This document shows positions 14,139-25,973 of a DNA stretch of 64,000 nt, piece after piece. Under the pieces are notes generated by a model. The model was not told the origin of the DNA. It saw only the letters and a list, made by a program, of their open reading frames with translations, and searched no databases. Source of the DNA: Pelomyxa schiedti (taxonomy: Eukaryota; Protista; Evosea); contig JAHLWZ010000799.1 of NCBI GenBank assembly GCA_020536535.1, positions 1 to 64,000 of the forward strand, read 5' to 3'. A program made the position numbers and the translations under genes. The stretch's first letter is position 1; each line of letters begins with the position of its first letter.

Positions 14139-17100
14139 CTAGTGGAATGTGTATCCAAACAGACTTGTTGGCCTGCCCTGGTTTCTATGGTGGCCAGTGT
14201 ATTCTTCACCATCGCCACCATCATCAACACCACCAGTGAGGGTGTCTTCAACATCATCGTCCTCCATATCAGCACCGAAACTCTCTGCAATCATCAGGGC
14301 AGGGGGCAGTGATGATGCCGAAGATGATGCCCGGGAATTGCGCTGTGGTTGCGCTTTTCCTGGAGGAATAGGCAGTCCCGCAGTGATTCCAGGTGCAGCC
14401 GAGGAATCCGCTGTCGTGGAGGTTGCTGTGGTTGTGGTTGATGCGGTTGTAGCTGTTGGCATTGTGGGTGCTGGGGGCTCTTCGGGTGGTCTTGGAGGCT
14501 CTATCAGGGGTTCCGTCAGGTCAAAGTTGTCGTTGTAATAGCTCTTCCTTTTCTTTTGCTGTATTTCGGGATCCACTGCTGAATCGCTGCTGTTGTTGCT
14601 CCCATCACTTTGAGAAAGGTGGAGTTGGCTTTCTGGGTCAGTTTGTGTATGCAGAACGTCCATTGATATCCCCGATTTTTGCCTTTTCAGAGTTTTCTGG
14701 AAGTTGGTAGCGTAGTGCTTTTTTAACTCTTTCACAACGGTTCTAAAAGAGGGTCTATTCACAGGATCCTCTGCCCAGCATTGTTGCATCTGCATAGTAA
14801 GAACAAGGGTTAATGCACTCTATAAGGGTTGACATGGGGAATACAAGCTCTCCTAGGTCTGGGTGCAATCTGTTTGGTACATCAGGTCTTACATTGCTGC
14901 TTGCGAATTCAATCAGAACATTGTTTACAGATAATGTATCAGAGGACTGCGTGGCAAGCTGTTGCTTGTATGGGAACTCTCCATTCATTACAACCACCCA
15001 AAATACAATGGCGAAAGAAAAGACATCAAATTTTTCTTTGAGGAGAGTCAGTAATTAAGTGGAAGTTGTCTGAGAAGAAGAGGATTACGGTCATATTTTT
15101 GTTTTCCTGTGCATTCAGGAGCCTGAATGTAAGATGAAATTGGGAAAAAGGGAATGATTTCACTACTATGTAACCAGGTGTTCCCACAAATGCAGTACAT
15201 TCTTCGGAGTCAACGGTTGTTGAAGTACCTTCAAATATAAGACAGGTTTAGTACCTGAATAAACCAACCAAAATCGGCGATTTTGCAATGCCAATTCTCA
15301 TCAACAAGAATATTTTGTGGCTGTAAAATGTGGCAATTGGTTGGAATAAAATCCAAATAGGCGGGTTCACACTTTCAGGTCTCGGTGCAGAAGTCGCTTT
15401 CCATGGATATACTCCATCCCCTTTTTGGTATGAGGATTTGTGCTGCGTTCCTTTACGAATTTGATACACCTTAGCAACATCCAGAATCATGGGGAATCGA
15501 ATTCGCCAAGGTAAAATATTTTTCGTCAAAACTCTTTGTAAATTCCCCCTCTGCGCAAGATCAAGAACAATACCTACCGCATGTGAAGCGTTATCCCACT
15601 GTAAATGGAGAAAAACCTGTTTTCCCACTGGAATCCTTTGTGTGTCCATAGAAATTAATAATATTGGGATGCCAAAGTTGACCCAATCTCTAAGTAGAAT
15701 TACTAACCTAGTTTGCCAGTATGCAATTGAAAATACCAACAATTCATTCATTTCATCACCAGATAGAGAGGAATGGTGCATAAGTTTTAGTGCAACTGGC
15801 CTTCTTTTATTTCTTTCATCTGATGCAGATCAGGTAACCAATATTCAATGTCTTACTGTACCAGTCCAAATACAGGACCATACTGAACCGAAAGCCCCAT
15901 TCCCAATGAATTTGAGGTCAGTTAGCCTCGAGTAATCAATTTGCTACAAACGAAGGTTAGCCCCCGGCGTAACTTCATGACTAGCACCTTAAAAGCAGGG
16001 TCTGATTCAATGTCAACTAATTCACCACCCTAGAAGACGTTAGCAGAGGTCGTAGAGTAAACAAGTAACCAAATTTGGCTTTTTGATGGTGTTTTTGAGA
16101 ATAATTTCAGCAACAACCAGTGCTATGCCTGGGATAACCTCTTTTTGAAGTGCCGAATAGTAATTTTCGGTGCCTATAAATTATTGGAAGATAGCATGAC
16201 GGAGTAACAAGTAACTTGAAAAGATCCAATAAGGAAATATTGCTGAGACAATATCGTTTGCTGATTCCCGTGGTTAGACATATAAGGGTAGGAAAAAATG
16301 AACCTGATCTATATGCACAACCAAAAGCTACAATAACAAGGAAGGGAACAAGCTTTCTGTAGCCTCTGAGAACAAGCTCCACCCAGCAATCGGACATCAC
16401 CTAATATATATAAGCCAAAACGGCGTGACATCAGATGGTACTTTGAAGTATACAAAGGTGATTACAACAAAGCCAATACAGAAGACCAAATTCATGGTAG
16501 CTATGAGGATTTAGGAGAGGAGAGAGGGATCAATTTAGGTACCAGTAACAGCAGAGAGAGGAGATGTGCAATCGTTATCTGCACCCGCATTTGATTCACT
16601 CTTGTCTGAATCCGACACTGTAATCATTGTTGCAACCAAAGCCATGGATAGCTCCAGAATGTAAAGTGAAATGTTGAATCCAAAGGCAATATACTTCCAT
16701 TTCCATGGGACACCTCCTTGATTGTACTGACTATCTGAGAGTGATCACATTGTATACAGTGATATGGTAAATCCACACATGTTGGGTGAAAATTAATGTA
16801 CACTCCCAATATGATAAACCAGACAGATGTATAAAACAGACAAGTGCCAAGGTGCCCAACAATGGAGAACTCCTCTGCAATGTCCCCAGTATACAAACTC
16901 AAAAAAATCCCAATCTTTTTTTTTTGTTTGTGATTGATTGGGATCATTGAATTTGAGGCCACAGACCACCCAAAATCGAAATTCAATTGACACATCATAG
17001 AATAAAGTGTAAGGAGTAAGGCCACGACTCATACCACTCTGAAACCACACGTGAACGCCAAAAGTGGCAATGCCAAACAAGGCAAGTGGCGCCACACTGG

Positions 17101-17346
17101 GCCCAGTCCCATCTGCGCGACGTGGGCGCAAAAAACGGCGATCGAGAGCAGGGTGAGCACGATGTACATCGACACCAGGAACAGATCGAACTTGTGCTCG
17201 CGCGCAGAGATGTTCCCCACGTCGCCGCCACTACTGTGGCTGTAGTTCAGCCCGGCGTCGGAGCCCCCACCAACCCATAATGACGACGTAGTGCAGCCGC
17301 CACCAACGGCGGTCGCAGACTGATGGGACGAACACCCCCCACCCAT
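14139..17346 (-). CDS. Seven-transmembrane (TOM1/THH1/GPR137-like) domain fused to a TKL-group protein kinase
   Basis: About 7 hydrophobic segments across exons 16080-17200. Kinase motifs IGNGAFGSV, VALK, HPNIINFYG, HRDLK|PQNILV, KIADFG, VGTPGYI|APE, DVFSF, CWAEDPVNRPSF. Confidence 0.88.
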
Positions 17347-17612
17347 CAAATGGCTCGAAAAGAATAAGATGCCTTCCACCATCAAATCCGAGGGCTTTCA
17401 TGTAAATCTCGTATCCAACGGAATACTGAGTTGGGGTGGAAATTGGGGGGTTTTTCCATTTAACAAGCAACATAAATAACTTGGACAAAACCACACTTCG
17501 GTCCAATAATACCAGAGAAAGGGTTTGGTACGGAAAACCTTTGTTGTGCACTACAAAGAAAAGAACCCGTTCCACAAGGTTTTTCTTTCTTGATGGAATG
17601 AGGCACAACGGG

Positions 17613-20241
17613 CTACGGCGTTTGGTTGTGCTTTGTTGTGGAGGTTTCTCTTAGGGACTTTGTTGGGGCTTTTATTCGTTTTGTCGTGCAGGGTGCTTTC
17701 CGGGATGATGCTAAAGTGCTGGCGGTTGTTGCATTTACGTTGGGGGGTGTGCCTGAAGGTGGTTCATGTGCTGGAGATATAGACTGTGAAGCACTAGTAA
17801 CAGTGGAACGAAGAGTGGGGGGCTGTGCCAAAAGGGACTCAAGTGGGTAGTTAAACTGAGGGGCAGATGCCAGGGTGGGCCCATAGAGCTCCTTCAGTTG
17901 GTCTTTACCAATGAAGCCTACAATGTCAGTTCCAGTAAACTCAGGCAGTGGTGAGGGCAGTTCTTGTCGGGAGATGAACATGATGGCTAGTTGTGTGTTT
18001 TCTGGGAATGTATTCTTGATCAACTTGTGTTTTTTCCGTATCTCGGGTGCTGTGAACTTCGTGGCACTTCCTTCCTCTGAGAATTTCATCTCGATTACAG
18101 TAGGTAGAAGTGTATGACCCTCCTTCGTGAAAAAGCCACGTGCTATGTCAAATCTAGGCAGCAAGTTAGAAAACCCGGAAATGGAAGGAAAAAGAGCATA
18201 CCCTGGATTACAAGCAGCAGGGAGGACTACAGAGTCAAAGAGAAGGTCTAAGTGTTCAAGGTTGAAATGGTGATCCAGAAGTTGCGCTTTACAGGCGCCA
18301 GGATAGCAAAGTTCCAGAACTTGATCCTCTGGAATGGAAGGGAAAACAGCACCCTTATAGTGATCAATGAGATCAATGTCCTCTGACGCACAAAGCAAGC
18401 CCGTTATCACTTCCCATGAGAAATGAAAATCTTCAAACAGTGTCCCTGCCCTACTGCCAGGAAGCCATGAAAATCCAGAGATTAATTTATTCTTAATCAG
18501 GTTCGCAATAATGCGCTCTTTGGGGGGGTAAATCCTCCTCCCATTTCTCTTTGTTATCTTGACCGCCCATAGGTATATGCGTATCAGGGGGACACATGGA
18601 ATGACTTCCTCCTGATTAATTCCCTCGACATCCAAGCCATTGCAGTACACACCACTTCTGATGAGATCATGTACCGTTTTATCGCCAATTTTCATTTCCA
18701 AAGGGCACCTTTCACCAAGGAGAACTGGTTTAAGAACTGGAAGTGACAGTTGAGAGGCAGAAAACCTTTTCATGTGGTCAAATCTGGGTCAGGAAAAGTA
18801 AAGTCGCATAACATACCGTTTGCACAATTGTCTCTCAAGTTTCAGAGAAATGGGATCATAGTTGAGTATCCTTGAATCTACTTGACTCATAGGCCCCGCG
18901 CTTAGGCCCAACGGGGGGTCAGTATCAGTACTTGAGTCCGATTGGTACTCTGGATCGGAGCTCTCCTCCAGAGCTTCGTCTAAAATTTCCTTCAGAATGC
19001 TATGGAGAGTCTCCAGGGTTCGGGGGTGTCCGCCACAGCCGGAAATTGCACACTTAACGCTTACGTTTTCCATCAGCCTTGGATCGAGGTCTCTGAAGAG
19101 AGATTGGGAATCACTGAGTTGCAGTGATGGTAAAGGGATCCAGTGAATAGTCCTGTGGATATTTTTTTTAAAAAAAAGACAACATCTCTCCTCATACCTT
19201 CCTGAGGCAGTGCATTCGTAGCATAACTGGATCAAGTGAAGTGATCAGTGGAAAAACTTTGTGGGACTCAAAGAGAGTACTAATGCAAGAGAGAACATTC
19301 AACAAGGATGATTTTGAATTCGCAATTTCATCAACACCAAGGAATATGCAAGATTTCTTGCTGTGGTAGAGAATACTCTCAACTGCATCAAGAGCTGAGA
19401 CTTTGAGAAGATTGATACCCACCCACTTGATGAATTTTTGGTGATAGTCGCAGTTAACAAAGTACCTGTACAAGGTAAACTTCAACCACTAAGTTTATTC
19501 AGTCATACGATGATAATATCCTCCCAGCTAGGGCTTGGCCAGGGTTATTCGACTCTTCAATATCCCATTCTGACCAGCTGTTGAATGTTATAAGAACTGG
19601 AACCCATGACTTTGCTGTGGTCAGGGCTGCAGTGAAGTTTTTTCCAGTATCCTTATATTTAGCCCATTTGACTCTCGCAATGTAATCCAGCAACCTGGAC
19701 TTGCCAGACCCAGGGGCACCACATGTAGCACAAAGGGCCCATTTTTCAGTTTTTGTCTTTTTGTCCTTGTTTCGGTTTCGCAATACAGTCTTCTGAAGGA
19801 ACTTCATGTATGCTCTCACTGTTTTTTTTCGTCCAACGAAAGAGTGAAATCTGCTGGTAAGCTGGGTTTTTTTTGTTTTTTGTTTTAGACGACGGTTAGT
19901 TTCATATGAAAGAGAACCCGCTGAGGGATCGAGGGGTCAGGTTTTGCCCGCCGCGGGTGCCTGCTCAACCAAGACAAGATTGATCCCACAATGGTTCTCT
20001 TATTACTAGGCACGAAAGTAGGTTGTCCGCGAAGATGATACACACTCTCTCTCCGTCGTTTCTTAGGAGGAGTCCCGTACGCGAGCCTCGAATCTTGCCG
20101 GGGTGATCGTAAAACAAGCGTGGCAGCAGCGCTCGTGCTGCGCTGGGGGCTCTGCGGCGCAGCTACGAAAAGAGAGGAGACGTGCCGATGTTTCCAACGT
20201 AGTTTCTTCGCGTGGCCGTAGCATACCCCGGAGAACGACAT
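17613..20241 (-). CDS. Crinkler/RHS (CR)-type effector: P-loop NTPase + C-terminal PD-(D/E)xK restriction-endonuclease-like domain
   Basis: Walker A GAPGSGKS; VLITFN; Walker B IFLGVDEI; LITSL; RTIHWIPLPSL; CGGHPRTLE; nuclease core NPG|FDI...IEMKFS; LYGPTL. Confidence 0.8.
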
Positions 20242-20624
20242 TGACGTTGATTTTTTTTCCTTTCTTTATTTTTCTTTTATTTTTAATTTATAAATATTGC
20301 CATTTTATGGGTGGGGTCGAGGGGAGTGGAGAGGGGGGAGGGGAGGGGGTACCTTCTCTCCTCTCTCTCGCTCTCCCTCCTCTCTTCCTCAGAACGTTAC
20401 GAAAGGGGGGATTTTGACAGTAACCTTTCTGACATTTGGCTCTTTTCTCAAGAAGGACCGACTGGTTCTGATATCTCGTTTGGGCATCTTGTAGAGTGAC
20501 CCACACTCAACGAGGTGGGAACATTCTCAATGAACACAGTAACCGTGGGGACTAAAGATGAAGTGTCAAATCTGAACCAGAAAATTGAATTCTGCTCATT
20601 AAAAAAACACCAGACAGGTGAACA

Positions 20625-21613
20625 TCAGGTGTGGAAATTTTTAACTGTTTCCAACATGATATCTGGAAAGTTACAGTATACTCCGTCAACGCCCATTGCC
20701 AGTGCACTTCGTAGTCTCTCCTTTGTATGTGTATCCCAGGCAAAAACCTGAACTGGATGAGTGGAAAAGATCAAGTGCTTCTACATCCACACCAGTACTC
20801 CATTTGCCTTTGCTTGCATAACTGCCTCCCTACTCCATTCGTAGTGCGGCATGTTGACCACATGAACTCCCAATGATGCCGCCTCCTTGGTACACTTGAC
20901 ATAGTTTCCTTCGATCATCTTTGTTCGTGTGCTGAGCACAAGTTTGCCTCGGAACGCAGTTCTGTCACGGAATGCAACAAGGAACGCTGTATCGCTATGG
21001 CACACCCACAGATGCCCTTCTGCCGCCCCGCCAACTTTTCTCAGCACAGCCACAACAGCTTCGGCACATGCATCCCTCACAGGTGGATCAGTAGGCTTTA
21101 TATCCAAGGAGAAGTCGAAATTCGTCCCACATGTGCGGTACAGGGTCTCCAGTGAGGGGACCTTATACTCAGTACTCAATCGGTCAGCACTCAATGAAGC
21201 AACCTACAACCAAACTTTAAAATTAAGAAGAGAGGGAAGAGAGTACATAAGAAGGCTATTTTTTTCCCGGTGGTGCACAGAGAAAAACAAAAAACAAAAA
21301 ACAAGGCGGTGACGTGAATGCAACTGCATACCGGGAGCCGCCGCAATCCCACCGTGGAGTCGTGCACCAAAACAGGCACGCCATCAGCGGATAGGTGCAC
21401 GTCCGATTCCAGCGCGGTGGCGCCCTGGCGCAACGCGAGCAGAAAGGCCTCGAGGGTGTTCCCGCTCACGTACCCAGATGCTCCTCTGTGGGCAAAGCAC
21501 AGCACTTGGGCGTTGGGTCTAGATCCCGGGGGTAAGTAAAAACTAGAACGAAGAGAATACCGGCCGCTTGTGGGGTCCATCACTTGATTAATTGTTCCCT
21601 TGATGAAATCCAT
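20625..21613 (-). CDS. Glycerophosphodiester phosphodiesterase (GDPD)
   Basis: AHRGASG; NTLEAF; LESDVHLSADGVPVLVHD; VPSLE; LDIK; last exon VFAWD...GVDGVYCNFP. Confidence 0.95.
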
Positions 21614-21775
21614 GAACTGATTGAGAGGAGTACTCTCTTACACTGCCTTGGAGGGAACCACGGTAATCAGCACTGCTTCTTGCTTTCCCACAAGTGTTGT
21701 GGCATTTTTTTATGGGAGCCGAACTCCGCAAACCCATTGTTCATCGAAGATCTCATTTCGACGAAACATTGAAGG

Positions 21776-24700
21776 ATGGCAGACAACAAGGAGGACCCAA
21801 AGGCCACATCGGTTACGCAAGAACACAACCAGATCCAAGGCGGTGGTGCAACTGACAGTGGTGGCAATGGCGGTGCCGGTGAAGAAAATAAAGCGTCTCC
21901 GGCAACAGCCAATGGATCTCCGCCGCCACTTGAAAATGTGCCGAAAAAGAAGATGCCACCTCCGTGTTTGTCACTGAACCCTCATTTGGCTTTGCGTAGT
22001 TACGGACGCGGAAGATTCTCTCTTGCTCCCTCAGCCACTACCGCTGGTGAGTTCTTTATCTAGTCACTCAGCCGTTTAAATTAAAGCTTAATTTTGCCTT
22101 GTATTAGCACTCCCAAAGACAGCGCCAGCGCCGAATCCAATCAGTACACCCACCAAAACTGTCGTGCCAACACAGACACCAAAGAAAAGTTGCATGCCGG
22201 CAGATAGGAAAAATATCAGCACGCCTGCAGTCACACCGCCGGCTGCCTTGGCTCGTCATAGTATTAAACTCACCCCTGCACTTCTGGCTAGATTGAGCAC
22301 AAGTCATGATTTTGATCCCTCAAGCCTATTCGCTTCTGACGCAAATTTGGATCTCAGTTTGGACGGAACGATAGATGTTCTCCCCTTCTTCTTCTCTTCA
22401 AGCTCTTTACCTTGGTCTTAATAAGGATTTCTAGTTTGAGGCTTCTCTAAGTAAATATGGTCTTGATTTGACCGATAACGACGATGATCCAATTTCCTGG
22501 CAACAAAGGTTGAAGGAGGCACAATCAGAGTTTCATAAAGGTGAGGATGGAACCTGATTAGTATTAATTCGCACTCTCTGACGGATATTAAGTGTGCTCC
22601 AGGCTGAGTTTACCAGCAGGAGTTGTACCTACACTAGAACAGATACAAGAAGGTGTGTCCCTCCGTTGTTGTTAGTGATAACCTAAAGATGCAAAAGGTT
22701 ACGACTATGAAGATGATGAAGATACCACCACTTCTACAGAAGCAAGGTGTTCTATGGTGGAGTTCAACGAATCTCTTGGTTTTAATATTAAACTGATACT
22801 GGAACTTTGTAACTATTTCCTTAGGCTCAAGCCGATTTTCGTTCCTTCTTGATGAAGATCAGCTTGCCCAAATTATTGAAGAACAAAAGCAAGAAACCAA
22901 GCAGGAGCAAACAGGACCACCTCCAGTTGACCTTGAGTCTCCTGGTGACTTACAGCAAGAACAAAAACCTATTATTTCCATTTCTGCTGGTGAGGGTAAC
23001 CAATGCGCAAATGCAATGCAAGTTGATTGCACTAGTCCCGCAAAAGAAGTTGTAAATGATTGTGTACAATGTCCGGAGTCTATGCCAATTCAATCGGAGT
23101 TGCCAAAATCACCAAACAATAAAGTAGAGGAACCCCCAAAAGACATGGCAAATGAGTCAAAATTACTTGATACAGTGCAGAACCAAGGAAAGCAAGAGGA
23201 ACCCCCAAAGCAGGAACCCCCAGAATCCATCAAAACAGAGGCACAGGAACAAATAACAAATACCTCATCTCCACCTCTTAGTGACAAACTCTGTAATGAA
23301 GAACCTATTGAAAAGGAGATGCAACAACCCAGTGACTCTGACAACACCGTACCTCCAGTTGCAATGGACAATGTAAATCAGGAAACTATTCCCACCAATA
23401 TCGACCAAGTATTCAAGCTTACAATGATTGGTCTTACACCACACAGGCCGTAGTACATTCCCAAAGCTTAACAGGTGCATCCCAAACTGCACTGAGTGCT
23501 GTTGAGGGCGATGCTCTTGAAGCGGAAAAACCTTGTATGACCATGTGAGTTCCATATGATTCTGTCTGCAACTCACGACTCCTTTCTTTCTCCAGACAAG
23601 CAACTCCAAATGAAAAGCGGAAACCCAGGAGACTAGTTTATGCACAAACCGCCAAGAGGCCAAAAGTAGATCCTAAACAAAAGCAAGAACGTCGGCGGAC
23701 AATTTTTTTCTCCTCTGCTACACAGAGCAACCAAGTCATTCCCAAAAAGCAAAAGAAAAAAAATTAACGTGCCCCCAGACACCATCTTCAAAGAAAGACT
23801 GTATACTTATAGATACAATTGAAAAGGAGCCTGAACCAATTGTATATCCAACTTCTACCAGTGACACACATCCAGAAGGCATCCCTTTAACTGTGGGTCG
23901 ATAAAATTGGGATTTCCTCTTACAATTCTACAGAATCAGGAAAGTTCCACTAACATAGCTACTTGTATATCTCCTGATCCCTCTTCTGTTACTTCTGACC
24001 ACCAGATGTGTGTGTATGATTCCCTCTTCACAAGACGAAAATCTCATAACTCAAGTTCCCCTGAACGAGCTGTAATGAAGAATGCTGATGAAGGTTACTC
24101 CTTCAAAGCCTTTCTGTATGAAGATTATCTTGCAATTGCCATGGGTTTCTCAATTCATTTGTTTATTTTTCTTTTCTCTCACCTTCAGAAAAGATACATT
24201 GAGCATACTGGGTAATTCACACATTTGGAAGCCTGTATTTCGGCCAATCACACATTTCACGCCAACCTCATCTCTGCAAGTGCAATTTTACTACAATGAT
24301 ACGCACTGTTTATCACTCGATGTAAAACCCTGTTCTGGTTCTTTGGATATTTTAGATGCAAGATTTAAATCTTTGCCAGTTCCCATTTTCCAAAACTCGG
24401 TTTGTTTCCTTCCTTTGGGGTATCCATAATTGTACAAAGACTTGCAAGCACAAATATGAATTTGAATCGAGCTTAGTTTCTACTATAAACCCAGACCAAT
24501 ACATCCAACATGGGGCAGACCTTACACCGGTACCTCCCTAACTATAAGAAAGCAAGAGTATAATAGCAAAAGGGACTGCAAGCACTCAGTAGGAAGCTCG
24601 CCTTCGTTTCGTCAATTCTGGACTTTGTTTCACAACTGAAGTCAAGGCACAGCACCAAAGCATTCTCCCGTAAGAAGAGTTCCGCAAGCCCCTCCCCAAC

Positions 24701-25002
24701 CATTGATATTGCCTTCTCCCACATCAGTGTATCTACTTCCAACAGGTTCCCCTAACACAAAAATCCCCTATTCTAATCTCACCCGTAGAGTGTCACTATG
24801 CCTCGAGCTGAATGCCAGCAGCGACTGTGTTGTCTCAACGCACCTCTGTCATGTATGGTGGGGCCGGCTCAGCGGCAGCAACCTGATGCAGTCATTGCCC
24901 TTACTTGAAACTCTGCCGCCTGATGATGCCGGTGCATTCTCCAAATGGGTGCTGTCTTCTTGCGAAGTTCTTGCCCGTCAAGTGGAGAACAGCACCCCGT
25001 AA
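21776..25002 (+). CDS. Large hypothetical protein (disordered Pro/Glu-rich N-half, globular C-terminal region)
   Basis: Collinear plus-strand ORFs from the ATG at 21776 to the stop at 25002 with GT-AG introns. No family recognised. Confidence 0.55.
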
Positions 25003-25149
25003 CTTACCCTTCCCCTAGTTTTTTTCTCGTTAGCAGATATTTTTTCTGCGTTCGCGCACCGAAACGTCTTTTTTGTCTTTACATCGGAAAAAAAACACAA
25101 AAAATACGAGACCAAGGACGAGAGGTAGTACTACCGCAGTTCATCGTGA

Positions 25150-25934
25150 ATGAGCGCCCAGGTGGAGGTAAACACAATGACCCTACGCCCACACTCCCAC
25201 AACTGGAAATACTGTAAAACCCACAACACCATAGCTCTCAGTTTTATGGTGAAACAACCAACCAACCAAAACAAATAGAAACGTGTGAGGTTCACCCTAC
25301 CAGAAGACTACCGAGGGGACCTAGAGGACTTTGTGGACGAGGCCACCCTGGCCACTCCGCCCTACTGCGGGCCCAGGCACCACCCCCCAACGCCAATCAA
25401 GCGCAGGCCCAGGCCCAAGCGCAGGAGCGCTGCAGACTTGGTGGCCGCGGCCCTGGGAGGAGGAGGCGGCTCTGGTGGTGGTGGTGCCAATATCAGCGGG
25501 GACTCTGACTCGTCACTGGATGCTTCTGGGGGGTATGAGGAGGACTATGAACAGGGCGAGGGGGGGGAGGACGATGACGACGACGATGATGGCGAGCCTC
25601 CGGTCTGGGACCCTCAAGGTTTGTTTGTTTTTTTTTGGTAATGTTATTGCTATGGAAATGAATTATGGGCAGTGGGTTGGTTGGGTTTGGGGTTCTTATG
25701 TGATGGAAGCTGTTATGGGGGAATAGGGATAGTGTTGTGTGAATTGAATTGAATTGGGGGTGGATGATAGTGGTGGGATTCAACAATTTGGGCAGGGGCA
25801 GGATTGGATTTTGGAGAAGAGACACAGACTCAACCTGTTGGTGTGTCAAATGACCCAAGTGTGCAGGCCAGTTTGGATTTTCTTGCTGATTTGCGTAGTG
25901 GGCTTCTCTCCACCCTCCATGGCTACAGTGGTTG
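25150..25934 (+). CDS. Small acidic disordered protein with N-terminal RVxF (KRVRF) motif
   Basis: ATG AGC GCC CAG GTG GAG|gtaaac...aatag|AAA CGT GTG AGG TTC splices in frame into ORF 25285-25641. The 3' end is tentative. Confidence 0.55.
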
Positions 25935-25973
25935 ACCACTTTGTACCTTTCACATTCAATTGATTTTTCCCCA

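Noticed and set aside
21776-25002. KNL1/Spc7-like kinetochore protein
   Set aside because: The overall layout is suggestive, but there are no clear SILK/RVSF or MELT motifs and no coiled coil before the C-terminal domain.
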